Below the pieces are notes generated by a model. It was not told where the DNA came from. It made no database searches and worked only from the letters and a program-made list of their open reading frames with translations. DNA of 64,000 bases from Amoebidium appalachense (taxonomy: Eukaryota > Protista > Ichthyosporea): positions 6,957,943-7,021,942 of the forward strand of contig CAVNZM010000002.1 of the NCBI GenBank assembly GCA_963693365.1, in the 5' to 3' direction. Positions 1 to 15,318 of this stretch are shown one piece after another (position 1 is the stretch's first letter; each line of letters starts with the position of its first letter). Position numbers and translations under genes: made by a program.

Positions 1-79
1 CCCTTCTCCCCAACCCACACATCCCCCCCCCCCCCCCCCCGCCCCCTCTCCCCCGGCCCCCAACGCCTGCTAGAGTGCC

Positions 80-115
80 TCATCTCACTGACCTGTTACA
101 TATAGTGTGTGTAAA

Positions 116-152
<37 letters not shown>

Positions 153-153
153 C

Positions 154-197
<44 letters not shown>

Positions 198-216
198 ACG
201 TCTGTGTGTAAATGTG

Positions 217-251
<35 letters not shown>

Positions 252-262
252 CTGTGGGTAAA

Positions 263-298
<36 letters not shown>

Positions 299-529
299 CT
301 TGTGCGTAAATATATTCTCTCACCAGACCCACCTGTTATAGTGCTTCATCTCAGAATACTGCACGGCATGCAATTCTTCATACACAGCCACCTCTAGTGC
401 CAGTTTCCTCTTCAATATGCGCTCAAACTTGTGTGCCTTTGCAGTCAATACTTCCTCCTGGAGGGATGTGCGCTTGCTGCTGGCCTCGGTCTGAAGTTTG
501 GTCTCCAGTTCCTGTGTATGTACGTGTGT

Positions 530-560
<31 letters not shown>

Positions 561-568
561 GGGGGGGT

Positions 569-601
<33 letters not shown>

Positions 602-641
602 GGTGAGTGTGTGTGTGTGTGTGTGTGGGGGGGGGGTGAGT

Positions 642-719
<78 letters not shown>

Positions 720-2229
720 GGGGGGGGGGGGGGGGGGGGGGGCAGGTCTGGGTGGGAGGGGACGGGTGAGGGTGAGTGACAGGAGAGGTTAGGGCACATG
801 ACAAAGTAGGAAGTACACATGCATGAGAGGAAACACAATAAATAATCTCGGAGGAAAAAGAGCCTTAACGTGTTTGCAGCATACCATAAGTAGAGCGCAT
901 TCTCCGGGCGCGGCGGGGGGGGGGGAGGGAAGGAGGGGAGGGGGGAAGGGGGGGGAATCAAGAGGTGCTATTCCATACGAAGTATGATATTCACGACGGA
1001 AAAATGTAATGCAAGTATCCAACAAAGAATGCACACCAAAATGGTACCACAAAATTGATACTTGAGGCCACCATTAGGCGGGGGGAGGGGAAAAAGATAG
1101 AGAGGTGGGGAGAGAGAGGGAGGACAATCGCAGGCATATGTACTACCCCGCTTTCACACCACACATACATACCTTTAGCTCTTGCTCCATTTGGTCGGCA
1201 AACTCACGGTAGCCATCAATGTTCTTACCCGCCTCTTTCTGTGTGTGTGTGTGTGTGTGTGTGCGTGTGTGTGTGTGCGTGTACTGTGCATGTGCGCATG
1301 CGTGAGGGGGCGCCAGCGTGTGTGGGCATGTGCATGCAGAACTTAACAAGTGCACGTACGAATGTGTGTGTTCGTGTGTGTGTGTGTGTGTGTTTAGACG
1401 GAGGATAAATGGGTGTTGGTGGTATGGACAGCGCAAGCAGAGCATTGGTAAGCCCAACCCACCATACCTGAAACACAATGTGCCCATGTATGACTGGGGT
1501 GAGCAGGGTGGGTGTGAGTGTGCCTGTACGTCTCTGGATGTATGCGGATGCATGCACGAGCGTGCACCTGCACCCGCATGTCTGTGCTTTTTCTTTTTTC
1601 TTTTTTCTTTTCTCTTTTTCTTTCTTTTCTTTCTTTCTTTTTTTTTTTTTTTTTGGGGGGGGGGGGGGGTATGGGGGATATAGGTGGCAGGTGAGGAGAG
1701 ACGGAGCCACATACCCTCAGAGTCTTTCTCCTTCTCTTGTGGTCCTTTTGCAGGTTTGTAAGTTGGCGTGTCTGTGTGGACTTTAGGTCTTTCTCCAGCG
1801 ATTTCTTGCGGCTCTCCTCTTCTTGTTCGAGTTTCTTGGCTTCCTTCATATACCGCTCGAGCATTTTTTTGTTTCTATTTTGGTGCAGAGAATGAGAAAA
1901 CATAACTTTTTTCCCCAGAAGATTTTGGTGGTACGTTTTTTGAGTTTGTAGGTCAGCGGCTTGGCTGACATGACCGATCAATTTGTAAGTGTGTAAGGCA
2001 AGCTAAGCAATCAAAATCAGGGAGTATGATTCGAGAATTCGAATTTTCAACCCTAGGTTCTTGCATCCACATCAAACATCCAGGGTTCCAAAAATGGCCA
2101 CAGTAAGGGTGTCAAATATGTTTGCTCACACATGCACACACACACACACCCGGTTACACCCACACAACTATAACCACGTGCGCTTGCACCAAGCCGATGG
2201 CTGGAATATTCACACACACGTGCCTTATC

Positions 2230-2260
<31 letters not shown>

Positions 2261-2317
2261 ACCAAACCAAACCTGCACACACACACACCCAAACACACAC
2301 CCATGCACCTACATACA

Positions 2318-2379
<62 letters not shown>

Positions 2380-3519
2380 CGCGCGCACTCACGCACATGC
2401 ACACACACCAGGCACCCACTTTGATGACAGCTCATCCCGTGCCTTCTGCAGTGCGGCCTTAGCAGCCTTCATCCTTTCCAGCTCCGGCACAGGCGGTTTG
2501 AGAGACCCCATGTCCAATGCATCGCTCATGCGATTTACTGCCTGATAGGGGTTCCAGTACATAATTTCAAAATACACACGGACAAAAAAGCAGGAAGGTT
2601 AGGGGTTGGAGAGTGTTCTTCACATGTGTGGATGTGTTTTTGGGTGCGGTTGTTTGCGTGGGGTTGGAGGGAAGAGGGGCATGGGGTGGAGCATATGCAT
2701 ATGTTGTGGACAGTAGTGTGGCGAGCTGGAAAACTACGAGTGTTGACCCTGTACGTAAATAGGAGTTTTGGGGGGGGGAGGGGGGTGGAGGGAGGGGGTG
2801 CGTGAAATGCCTGGTAGAGGAAGCGGGGAATGGTTGGGGGAGGGGAAAAGGGGGGGGGGGGTGGGGTGGGGAGGTTAGATGCATTAAAAAGCACGAAGTA
2901 CATCGCATGGCGGACGCTGCAGATTTTGGTACACACCGACAGCGAGAATGCATCTCGCGCGGTTGGGGACGGGGAGGGAGGAGGAGGAGGGGGGAGGGGG
3001 GAGGGGGGGGGGGGGGGGGGGAGGAGAGCAGGGGATTGAATGCGCCAAAAAGTACGAAGTACGCATAAACAAACGGACAACACGATGTAGAGTGCAAACC
3101 ACACGGGGCAGGGGGAAAGGGGGAGGCGGAGGGATGTGTGCCCATTCGGTAACCGCCTTCTCTTGTTTACGTTTTATGGGACTTCTACGAAAGTTTCTGA
3201 TAACAGACACGGAACGTCACTGTTGCATGTTCCCGGCATGCTGGCTGGATACATTGGTTTTATTAATCATAAGAGAACCGTGGTCTATATGAGGATATTT
3301 TCATGGCTTCCATGTGTCTTGCAAACAAAAACATATTTATTATGCACACAGTGAGTTTCCTGCCATGAGCTCGTGTAAACAGTGAATCGAGTTATCATGC
3401 ACACAGTGAGTTTCTTGTCATGCGAACAGTGATTAAAGAGGCAACATAGAGAGATTCTCACCATCTTTCTCTGTCGGAGGGTCAGCATGCCCCGTGAGGA
3501 CATGGTGTCGGTGGCATCC
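80..3519 (-). CDS. Multi-exon coiled-coil protein of unknown function (5' end uncertain)
   Basis: Hand-spliced GT-AG exons with consistent phases: 3462-3519, 2420-2541, 1715-1874, 1173-1238, 333-511, 80-92. They give [26 protein letters not shown]…[23 protein letters not shown]…[38 protein letters not shown]…HYNR/SVR*. The product is E/K/R-rich and helical. There is a possible ATG at 3503, but that exon also has an acceptor, so upstream exons may exist. Confidence 0.75.
956..1078 (-). mobile_element. Divergent poly-C-associated retroelement 3' end
   Basis: Minus strand reads …CATACTTCGTATGGAATAGCACCTCTTGATT followed by a C-run. It shares the TACTTCGTA motif with families A and B and is flanked by C-rich tracts. 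Confidence 0.4.
2874..3105 (-). mobile_element. Two degenerate poly-C-associated retroelement 3' ends
   Basis: 3037-3105 minus: …ATCGTGTTGTCCGTTTGTTTATGCGTACTTCGTACTTTTTGGCGCATTCAAT-CCCC (family A-like). 2874-2960 minus: …GTACTTCGTGCTTTTTAATGCATCTAA-CC. Confidence 0.6.
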
Positions 3520-4458
3520 CTGCACCACCACGTGTGATTAGAGAACACGTGCTAAATTCAATCACGTGCAAGCACATGAAAGGGCAGGATTGAGTGATGA
3601 CTCTTATGATGCGAAAGGAAGAATGCACGTTAGTGGTAATTTTTCGTGTTCTGATGGTCATGTTTGTAATGATCCATACACTTACAAGTGTGCATTGTGT
3701 ATTGCGTGATGCGCATGCTGTGTGTGTGGCGGTAAGTGTGTGTGTCTTGTCGTTACAGTTGCAAATGTGCTAGCATTAGCCTTAATGTTAGCCATAACAC
3801 GCGTGTCCGCGTGTGTGTCTCGAGAGTCTGAACTCTTGTGTGCATGTTGTTTGTTTTCCCTGCTTGTGTGTGCATGTTGTCTGTTTGTATCAACTGGTTA
3901 TCATAACTGGTTATCATAGTAAATTGCGTGCATGACAGTGGATGATCCCCCCCCCTCTCCCCCTCCTTTGTGTGGGCATGTGGTCAAATCATTATTAACC
4001 TGCTTTTGTGCATGTGCTTGGTTTGTTGTGGTTGCGTTCATGTGAATGTGCCACAATCTCGCACAACTTGTGTCATTATCACCCCGGATTTGAGGGCTGT
4101 GTGCATGCTTACGTGCCTGCGTGTACAGTCGGTATGTGTGTGGGTGTTTTTGTATGGCGTGCCTTTGAGGTTGCATGTTCGTTCAGTGTAGGTGAACGCA
4201 CTGCGCCCATTGTGTTGTACATGTACATTGTGTGGGTGTGTGAGCAACGTCTTGCGGCTGTGTGCGTGCGTTCGTGTGTGCATGCATCTGGGTGTGTGTG
4301 TATGTTTGTGTGCGCGTGTGCGCGGTGTTCTTGTGTGCGTGCGTGTGTTTGTGCGTGTGCGTGAATTGTGTGTGTGTGTGTGTGCGTGCGTGTGTGGGTA
4401 TTTGTGTGCGTGTGCGTGCGTTCGTTCGTGCGTGCGTGCGTGCGTGCGTGCGTGTGTG

Positions 4459-4497
<39 letters not shown>

Positions 4498-4501
4498 ATG
4501 C

Positions 4502-4555
<54 letters not shown>

Positions 4556-5786
4556 TCCTGTGTGAGAGCGTGTTCAACGAGCTGTCCACAGAGGCAACAA
4601 CTCTGTGTAGATTATAAACCATTTTTAAACCCTCTTATTTTAGTTTAGAAATACATTGTTATATCGAGGAAGGGGTAAATGTCGGGTGGTTTTGTAATAA
4701 ATGTTTTTGAGTTTCTTTGAGGGTCACCAACCGTTCAGGGGCCCCGTGCATTGTGTGTCTTCGCTGTATGCCCATTTTGCTGTCTAAAAATGACAGTGAA
4801 ATCTGTATTGAATTTAGTAAGCTTTCCTGTTCATGCAAGATTTTCCTTTTGAAGAGTCATATAATAAAGTTATGAATCTTTCAACTTGAGTCTGATCAGA
4901 GCCAAGCCTCTCTGGTGCGGCCATCGTGTCGTTACCACCTTCCCCATGTCTTGGACGGCAAAACAAAACAGAAGGAGGACGTGTTGGATTGGTTTAGGTT
5001 TTGTGCATAAATTCACATTCACTTGTGGCTAATTAGTCATCAAGAATACCGCTTTTCATTAGAAATAGATCATGCATTTGAAAAGGGTTTTGCTGAAAAT
5101 TGTGCCGTGAAGTAATGCGATTGGATAAATTTCAAACTTTTGCCAATCATAAAGAAAAGCATTCCAATGAGCATTTGGCCTAAAATTATGCATGACTATA
5201 AACCAATATACTACCTATCTACTCTGACAAAGAGTGAATGTAGTGCGCCGTTCACAAATAATATTTATCTATTGGAGACAAACTATCACCGGCTCCTGCC
5301 TGAGGTTGCACAAGTACTGTGTACACACTGTGTGACTGTCTTGAACACTTCAGTAATGTCAACCCTTCCGGCGAACTTCCATGCCAAGACAATAATAAGC
5401 ATCATACCAATGTACTAGAATCATACACTAATAATAAATGGCTGTAGATTTTATTTTACTAGAGCATTAGCAGAGTAAGTTAAGTTCTACGGGCTAAATG
5501 GCGTAAATGGTATCTGCTCGCGACTGAGTCAGCCGTACTCCAGAACACTTCGAAAATCTGAGTTTCTTCTGACTTTTTGCCAGGTGCCGGCCCACTGGCG
5601 GGCCGCCCAGAGGAGGAGACCCCTGGGCCCTCAGCCGAGTCCGCACATGCACGCACGTACACACACGCACACACGTGCACACACACGCCGTACAACAGCT
5701 CATATTATGATATTGAGCGCCCCAGGGGACCCGACAGATGCGCTCGACATCTTTCTCCCTCCCTCCCTCTCTCTCTACTGTAGATC

Positions 5787-6555
<769 letters not shown>

Positions 6556-7714
6556 GCTCTCTCTCTCTCTCTCTCTCCCCCCCCCCCCCTCTCCCCCCCC
6601 CCCCCCCCTCTCTATCTCTCCTCTCTCTCTCTCTCTCTCTCTCCCTCTCTCCCCCCCCCCCTCCCCCTCTCCCCCCCCCCCCCCCCCCCACCGGCGTCTC
6701 TTTTTCTCTCTTGTCTCTCTATCTCCCCCCCCCCCCCCCTCTGTCTCTTTTTCTCTCTGTCTCTCTGTCTCTCTATCTCCCTCCCCCCCCCCCCCCCCCC
6801 CCCCCACTCTTCTCTCTTCCCCCCCTACTTCACACACACCGTGGCAACCACACACCCACACCCACACACGCACCCACCCACCCCCCCCCCCCCCCCCACA
6901 CACACACACTCTCTCTCTCTCTCTCGCTCCCTCTCTCTCTGTCATTGTCTCTGTCTCTCTCTCTGTCTCTCTCCCTCTCTCCCTCTCTCTCTCTCTTGCT
7001 CTCTTGCTCTCTCTTCTCTCTCTCTCTCTCTCTTTCTATCTCTCTCTCTCTTTCTCTCTCTCCCCAACCCCCCCCAACCCCCCCCCCCCCTTCTCTTTCC
7101 CTCCCCCCGCCCCCCCCCTCTCTTTCGTCCCGCTCCATACCCCCTTCTCCCCCCCCCCCCCCCCCCCCCCCCCCTCCCCCTCCCCCTCCCCCCTCTCTCT
7201 GATGCTCCTTTCTCTTCTCTTTCTCCAACTCCAAACGGGCATACAAAAATATAAGAGCCACTAGTGGTGTATGGCACTGGTAGGTTACTAATAGTGTACA
7301 AGTCGAATTGACTACTCACCCCGTGACGTGCACTGCCATTATTATTATCTTTCATACAGCTGCACCAGGTTCCCACAGTGAGGATTGCAAAAATGTGTTA
7401 TGGCGCACGGCTAGACTCTAGAACTTTAGGCAACAATCATGATACAAAAATGGACTTTTTTCTGGGCTGCTGTTGTTGTGGCGGTGGGTGCACTAAGTCT
7501 TGTTCGTGAGGGGGAAATGGAAGGTGAATGAAGGTGGAAAGAGTCCGAATGAAATATTACTGGCGATCAAACGGTTGCCAAGTACGGGGGACTGATAGTC
7601 GGTATCAGCAACAACCTTGTGCATGCACCGGGGCCACGTGTTTGTATTTGTGCGTTGTGAAACTGTCTAGATCCATGTTTTATTTGTGTGTGTGTGCGTG
7701 CATGGTGTGTGCAC

Positions 7715-7832
<118 letters not shown>

Positions 7833-8193
7833 ACGGTGTGTTTTTGTGCGTGAGAGTCTCCAAAACTCGAATTTGTTCATGGTGCGTACTCGTGCAAGTT
7901 GTTTTTTGTGTGTGTAAGTCTCAAGCCACATTTCATATATGAGTACAGAAGTAACGGGAAGGCTTGCCGTAATGACTCAGCAGGAATATAGTGGTCCGAA
8001 TATATGGCACTGGATGAATTCGAACCATAGATGGATAAATTTAAAAAGGTGAGAAAGACTTAAGTTATAGTAGTCCGGGAGTGTTAAATGCGTTTCTGCC
8101 TATGGCTGCTATGGTGCCGGCGCCAAACAATTCAATAACCCGTAACACGGGCACATCAGAGATTTGTTAAGTCATGCTGATCACGTCCGAACA

Positions 8194-8224
<31 letters not shown>

Positions 8225-10500
8225 CGGCACGCACGTGTCCACGCCGCGCGCGACACTAGTACTGTGCACATACCCGTAGCCCACTCCATGGCACACCCAA
8301 CCACACACGCAAGAGGATAATTTTACTTGAAAAGTAGATGACATTGTGCTCGACCCCCAGTCTCTCTTCATCCCCCATTCCGTTGTCTTTGAAATCCAAA
8401 GAGGCCCTGGGGAAACATTGATAATGGAGAATTCGAAGAGCCTGTTAACAGATTGTTGTTGTAAGCCTCATAATGATTTAAAGGTCCGAAAAAGCCTAAA
8501 AACATAAATTTACTGACAGCGAAATTTAAATAGGACACCCTCGAACTCATACAGTGATAGGCCTATGCAGCTCTCATCAATGGTGTGGGGGTGGGGGTGA
8601 AGTGGGATTGGGGGGTTGGGGAGGGGGAAGAGGGGGGGGGGGGGGGGGGGGGGGGGGGGAGGCAGGGTGGGTACCCATCGTGTCATGTGCACACTCACCC
8701 GTGCTACAGTAGGCGCCAACATTTATCACACCTTGGCTCTTGGCAGTAATTACATACCCACACGGGCATGGACACAAACATAAACGTAGTAGTATGAGCT
8801 TTGGGCTTGTGACGTTCGTTTCCATATAGTATTGAGATACAAGTATGCTACTATTGCAATAAATATATCCGTAAGGAGTTCTCGGGTCTGGCAATCGAGA
8901 AAATCAATTAAATTATTATTCCGTTGTAACACGTGTTCTGTACGGAGTCGAGATATACTTCTATCTCGGCTATCTACTCGGTCATTGCTGTCGGAAAATA
9001 AAGTCCATAATAATAAAATAGAAAAAAGACCATGCACGTTCGAAAAAACCAAAAAACCAAAAAAAAAAAACAAACAAACAAAAAAAAAAAAAAAAAAATG
9101 AAAATACTGTGGCAAATGCACATGCTTGAAATTAAATTAAGCATAGAACCACGATGTTTGAATTCCCCTAGGGCCTGCATGTTAGCTCTATGAATGAAGC
9201 AAAGAAGAGTTTTGTGTTTTCCCCTATTAGGTATCGTAGTTGCTCCTTTCACCGAATTCGAAGCCGTTGTGACGGATGCACTATTCCTGCCTAATCAATT
9301 TTGGATCGCAATCGCAAGTGATCGCGATGGGAAACAGCCAAGCCAAAGCCAAGAGTTCGCGCGCGAGCCTCCTCGCCTTCGGCAGAAGCTCGAAACGCCC
9401 TTGTTCATGAACACTTCCACTTTGAGTCGTAGAAGCACACCTTTTTTGTAACTGTAACTTGCATATATGAGCTATTAGTATAGAGCTGCGCAAGATCATT
9501 GTTGACTGTTCTTTGATCAGAATCGTGCACGCTCCTGAAAGAAACCATCCACAGGAAAGGGTTCCTCCTCTTTCCTGCTCATTGGCATGGCCTGGTGTCA
9601 TCGATGCAAAAACACAAGCTTGAGACAAAGCATTCATACGTGGTACCCTAGCAGGACCATGTTCGTAGCCTGAGCACTTAACAAAAGCTCTGGAAGTATA
9701 TCTATATAGCTCTGGAACTTTTTGGGCGATTGTGGTGCTTTAATTACTGCTAGTGCGTGATTGAGAAGAAAGATGGCTTCAGGCTCCGAAGGACCGACAC
9801 CCCTGCAGGCATATGCAGATGTTCTTTTGCAAAGGTGTGCATGAACCCCAGTTTTGGCGTGCATCTAGTTAAGGGGAGGAAAGGGAGTGAAGAAGGGGCG
9901 GCGGGGGAGGGATGAAAAAGGGTATGTGTTTGCTTGTGTGTGGGTAGGGTAGGGCTGAAAGTTGTGTTTTTTTTGTTTTTTTTTGGGAAGGAGGGGGGGG
10001 GGGGGGTGGGGAGGGTGGGGGGGGAGGGGGGGAGGGGGTATGGGGCTGGCCGGCGTGGCGGGGGAAAAGAGGGGGAGGGAGGGGGGGGGGGGGAAGAGGG
10101 GGGTTGGGGTGGGGGGTGGGGGGGGGGGGTTGTGGGGGGGGGGGGGGGGGGGGGGGGGGGGTGGGGGTGAGGGGGGGAGTTAAAAAGGGGCCCACGGGGT
10201 TTAGGTGAGGGGTGGGGCCGTCAAGTTCGGAGACATGGGGTTAGGCTTCTAGAATTCGGTGGCCAATCATAGCCATGCTGGCAAAGTTGTCAGGTTCATG
10301 AATCGTGATGTGTTTCATGTATTTTTTGGCCCCGCTGTGGTGTTGACGTGTGCACCTGCAATTATGCATACGTGCAAGAGCAGGCATTGCATGGGCGTAC
10401 ACGGGGACCCACCTGCCTGTGTGCACATGCAATTCGTGTGTGTTAGGAGGGCTGGTTGAGGACCTACAAGGGGGGGGGGGAGGGGGGGGGGGGAGGGAGG

Positions 10501-10547
<47 letters not shown>

Positions 10548-11015
10548 AGGGAACGTCGTCTGTGGTTTACATGTTGTTGGTTTCCTCTTCCCCCCCTTCC
10601 CCCTCCCTTTTTTTTGGGTTTCGAGGGACGAAGTCTCAGTTCTGTAATGTTCGTGTATGTGTTTGTGTGGGTGTGTGTGCATGTGTGCGTCGCACACCCA
10701 CGTTTACTGTGAGTGCGCTTTCTGTGCCTGTTTATCCAGGAGCATGTACCTCTGGGTTTTATAATGCTTAGGTGTGCCCTCTCTCCTTCCCTCTGTGTCC
10801 CGCACTCACCCCTCTGTGCGCTTGTGTGTTTCAGGGTACGAGAATGGCAGGTGTACCTGTCCATGCACGGGAGGAGGGTACTGCAACTAGCAAGTAGGTG
10901 CCACCCACACTGCACACACGTACACACACCTCTCTTTTTCGTTCTGTTGCTATGTACTTACACTCACACCTCTTTTCCCTTTGCTTATGTGCACGGAGAG
11001 GGGTGGGGGGGGGGT

Positions 11016-11047
<32 letters not shown>

Positions 11048-11585
11048 CTCTCTTGTTCTCTGACTGACGCACAACTCTTCCCCCTCCCCCCTTCTTCCCC
11101 CCCCCCCCCCCCCCCCTCTCCCCCCGGCCCCCTGCATCCCCTTCTCCGTGTCCCTCTCCCTCCCCCCTTCCTCCCCCCCTCTCCCCCACCACCTTCCTCT
11201 TTACTCTCACTCACTGGTTCACACATATGCTCAGACATTCTCTAACTCACACACCCACACACTCCACTCTCGCTTCCAACCCTCCTCCCCCCCCCCCCCC
11301 CTCCCCCCCCCCCGCGCCCCCTCCCCCCCGATTGCACACATGCACAGGCACTGCAATACACTCCTATGCTGTCCCGCTTATGACCTTTTTCCCTGTTTTC
11401 TTTTCATGACCCCCCCCCCCCCCCCCCCCCCGGGGTTCTTTCCTATTCTAAGAAAAGCCGAAGAATCTGGAAGAAAGTAAGAAAGAAGTATTCATGCACA
11501 CTTATCCCCTGCATGTGCTCTCCTCTCCGTGCATTATTGAAACACCACTCCCTTTCCTCCCCTCCCCCCCCCCCCCCCCCTCCGC

Positions 11586-11768
11586 GGGGCTAAAAGGTCG
11601 AAACTCAGATGCAATTGATGACTTGGGCCCTCCCTAAGGATGGGCTCTGCTTATGACGCATACTGTGCGCATTGCTGATATTGCATACTTGAATGTTTGC
11701 CTTTGCATGTGTCCTGCACCATGCTTCTCATCGTGTATGCGTACTTCGTACCGTGTTCCGCATTCAAA
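11586..11768 (+). mobile_element. Poly-C-associated retroelement 3' end, family B
   Basis: GGTCGAAACTCAGATGCAATTGATGACTTGGGCCC…GTACTTCGTACCGTGTTCCGCATTCAAA followed by poly-C, with a C-run also upstream. Near-identical to copies at 32165 and 53891. Confidence 0.8.
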
Positions 11769-12123
11769 CCCCCCCCCCCCCCCCCCCCCCTACCTCTCTA
11801 CCTCCCTCCCGTGCCTTCCCCTCTTTCCCATCTACCTCTCCCTCCTCCTACCTTCTCCCCCTCATTCTCACTCTCACTCTCAATTTCACTTCTCTACTGC
11901 ACTCCCTCCTTCCCCTTCCTTACCCGGTTAAGGCTCTCTTTGTCCCAACAAGCAACCTTGCCTTCACCCACGAAATTAGGCCACCTCGTTTCTTAATTTG
12001 GTTGTCCTGTAGTCGATGGAGGGGGGAGGGAGGGGGGGGGGGGTTGAAGGGAGGAGGGCGGGAGGGAGGGGGGTTGGTTGATTCAATTTTCTAGAGAATG
12101 TTTATGGACGTGCGCCCAATGTA

Positions 12124-12154
<31 letters not shown>

Positions 12155-12252
12155 TGGGTTGGGGGGGGGGGGGGGGAGGGGAAGGTGTCATCTATATTTC
12201 AGATGGCTGCGTGTTTGTTATGGTGGTGGCGGGTAGGTGGGAAAACAAGGTT

Positions 12253-12306
<54 letters not shown>

Positions 12307-12363
12307 TGGTGGTGGTGGTGGTGGAGGTGGTGGTGGTGGTGGTGGTGGTGGTGGTGGTGGGGT

Positions 12364-12399
<36 letters not shown>

Positions 12400-12750
12400 A
12401 TATTCTGCAAGGGTGTGTGCTGATTAAAGGGACCCTGGAATCTGTTGAAGCTGACCCTGTGCCTCCTTCCTCTCTCTCTCTCTCTCTCCCCCCCCCCCTC
12501 CCCCCTCCCCCCCACTTCCTTCTTGCAGGGTGGGTGCCCATGGAGACGTGCTGGGGGCAGCCGAGGGTTGGAGTGTTGCCATGCGGCACACATGTATCTC
12601 TACTGGCTTTTTGACGGGGAGAGGGGGAAGGGGGGGGTGGTGGGGAGGATGGGGGGGGATGCATATTTAGTTTTGATTCTCTTCTTTAGTGTGATATGCA
12701 TGCCTGTGTGTGTATGAGTATGTGTGTGTGTGTACGTGTGTTTTTTTTTT

Positions 12751-12791
<41 letters not shown>

Positions 12792-13279
12792 CTTCTTTTC
12801 TCTTTTTTTTCCTGGGGGGGGGGGGGGGGATTATGGGAGAAGGGCCTGTGGAGAGGTTAAAAATAGACTCGAGTAATGGTTGCCGGGGGAAGAGGGGAGA
12901 GGGGGCGGGGTGGGGGGGGGGGGGGGGTGGGGGGGGGGAATAAGAATGACAGCAATGACAGCGGTAACAGGGGAGAGAGTGGTAAAAAACGAAGGCTTCC
13001 CCCTCAACCCCCCCTCTGTGTGTGCTGTACATGTAGTAAAGGAAATGGGTGCCAATAAATTGGCTGTTTTGCTGTGCGGTTTTGTTATGGTTTTTTTTTT
13101 CCCCGGTGTGTGTGTGTGTGCAGGCGCGCTTGTGGTCCGCGAGGTTGTGGTGAATCTGATTGTTATGCATGTGTATGTGTGTGTTGAGGGAGGAGGGTGA
13201 AGGGGGACGGACGGGGGGATAAGGGAAGGAAGAGGGGAGGGGGGGGTGGGGGGATTGGGGGAGAAAGAGAGAGAGATAG

Positions 13280-13334
<55 letters not shown>

Positions 13335-13362
13335 CGTGTGTGTATGTGTGTTTTTTTTTTTT

Positions 13363-13406
<44 letters not shown>

Positions 13407-13608
13407 CTAATTCATGTAACATTCGGTAGTCTTAACAGGTTCATTTTTGCAGGGAGGAGGGTATTTCAGGTCTGACGCATAGTGCGCTAAATTTGGCAGC
13501 CCTGGCTTGGAAGATGGTCCTGGTGAAAGGTGTGTTATTGCTGGGTGTGTTGTTAGTGCCAAGCATGTTTTTTTTTTTTTACAGAGGGCTAGGGCAGGGG
13601 AGTACGTA

Positions 13609-13654
<46 letters not shown>

Positions 13655-14036
13655 CTATAGGCTGCCTAAAATATACCTTTCTACGCTGTTTGTATCGGCA
13701 TATTCTTAATATAGGCTGCTCATATCAATGTATGTATACATACCTATACTTGTATGAGCATATGGCAGGTGTTACCCAATCAAAATGCAACTATTAACAC
13801 GCCATTTTTGGCAGGGGGCTAACCACAATAGGCTAGTTTTGTCCCCTTACTGGCTGGCTTTTTTGGCTGCAGCGCTGCCTGCAGATTTATGTATTATTTC
13901 TACAAAACAATATAGTGAAAATTATAAGCTGTCAGGAAATATATAGATAACAGCCCAAAAAGCGCTCTTGAGGGGTGATAACATCGCTACCAAATCAGCC
14001 AGTCCCAAAAACCATGATGCTACGTGTAGGGTATCT

Positions 14037-14608
14037 CACCCATTCAAGGTACACGCACCCGATCTATGCAATATCTCAGTCTCCAGTGGAGATAAGAGTG
14101 TACTTTCTTTTTAACGAAGGAACTATACAATCTAAATCTTCAATATAGCGAGTAAAAACAGAACTTTTGCGCTAAAATACAAGAAAAAATATGAAAAGCA
14201 AATGGGGCCAAGATCTCACGGTCAAGGTACACCTCGATTTTCACAGTCATTGGTTGTATATCATATGTTTATCGTTGCCGGATTGTGAATACAGAGCTTC
14301 AGACAGCCGGAGTTTGGCACAATGTGATGTCATTAGAAGTTCATATTCATTCCGTTAATCTAAAAAGTATTGGTATATATTATTTAATTTGGTAATATAG
14401 AAGCGGGTGAATAAAAGATGTTTGTAGATTAGACAAGTTTGGGGAGCTTTTCATGTGCTGCATTTCAGTGCATGCATAAAATGTACACGAATGTGCCGCC
14501 GACTGCTTGGAATGCCGGTTCTGGTAACCAATCGACTTCATGCGTACGTCACGACTGGATCTGTCTAGAAACAATCACATCACCAGATCTGTGTACCTTG
14601 AATGGGTG
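14037..14608. mobile_element. Non-autonomous DNA transposon with CAC termini (Transib/Chapaev/CACTA-like)
   Basis: Perfect 18-bp TIR CACCCATTCAAGGTACAC at 14037-14054 and 14591-14608. Internal copy of TCAAGGTACAC near 14222. Flanks TATCT and TATAT could be a 5-bp TSD with one mismatch. Confidence 0.75.
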
Positions 14609-15056
14609 TATATCGACATGATATATTGGTTCCTATGTTGCTTATATCAGCACTTACATCGGCTAATACGCTGCTGATATCAATATGTGCCACAGGAGGA
14701 AGTTTTGACCCACGGTGTTGGCTGTTCCGTCTTTAGATTAATATTGTGCTTACTTGGGACCCCCCCCCCCCCCCCCCCCCCCCCCGGGTGCCACCGGGCG
14801 GATTCCGATTTTTTTTTTTCTTCTACTAAAACTCCATGTTACTTCGATGTATTTTGGTAGCTTGTTGCATACTCTTGATGAACTTTGAGGTGGCGGCATG
14901 CACTGACTGAGCCTTGGTCCAGCCGCGCTGGTTAAGAACACGGCGTTCCACTATCTACAGAGTGCCGTGGACACACAGGAGAAGTCAGCACGCCCCCCGC
15001 TAGTTTCGGTATGTTTTGGTTTTTTCGGTTTGTTGGAAGGGAGTTTCTTTTGTGTT

Positions 15057-15091
<35 letters not shown>

Positions 15092-15268
15092 GTGTGGGGG
15101 TGGGGGTGGGGTGTGTTTGTGGGGGGGAGGGAGGGGTGAGGAGGGGTATATGTGTGTGGGTGTGCGGCTCGGTGGAGACGGTTTTGTGGAATGAGTGTGT
15201 CTTCTTTTCTTGTTCTTTTTTTTTTTTTTCTTTCTTTCTTTCTTTTTTTTTTTTTCTTTTCTTTTTTT

Positions 15269-15318
<50 letters not shown>

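Noticed and set aside
4900-5420. Possible ULP1-like protease remnant (HWNAFLYD) or the 92-aa ORF
   Set aside because: Multiple stops and only a weak motif resemblance.
9194-9864. Non-repetitive ORFs here and at 19999-20214 and 28055-29457
   Set aside because: No recognisable motif or consistent splice chain; left unannotated.
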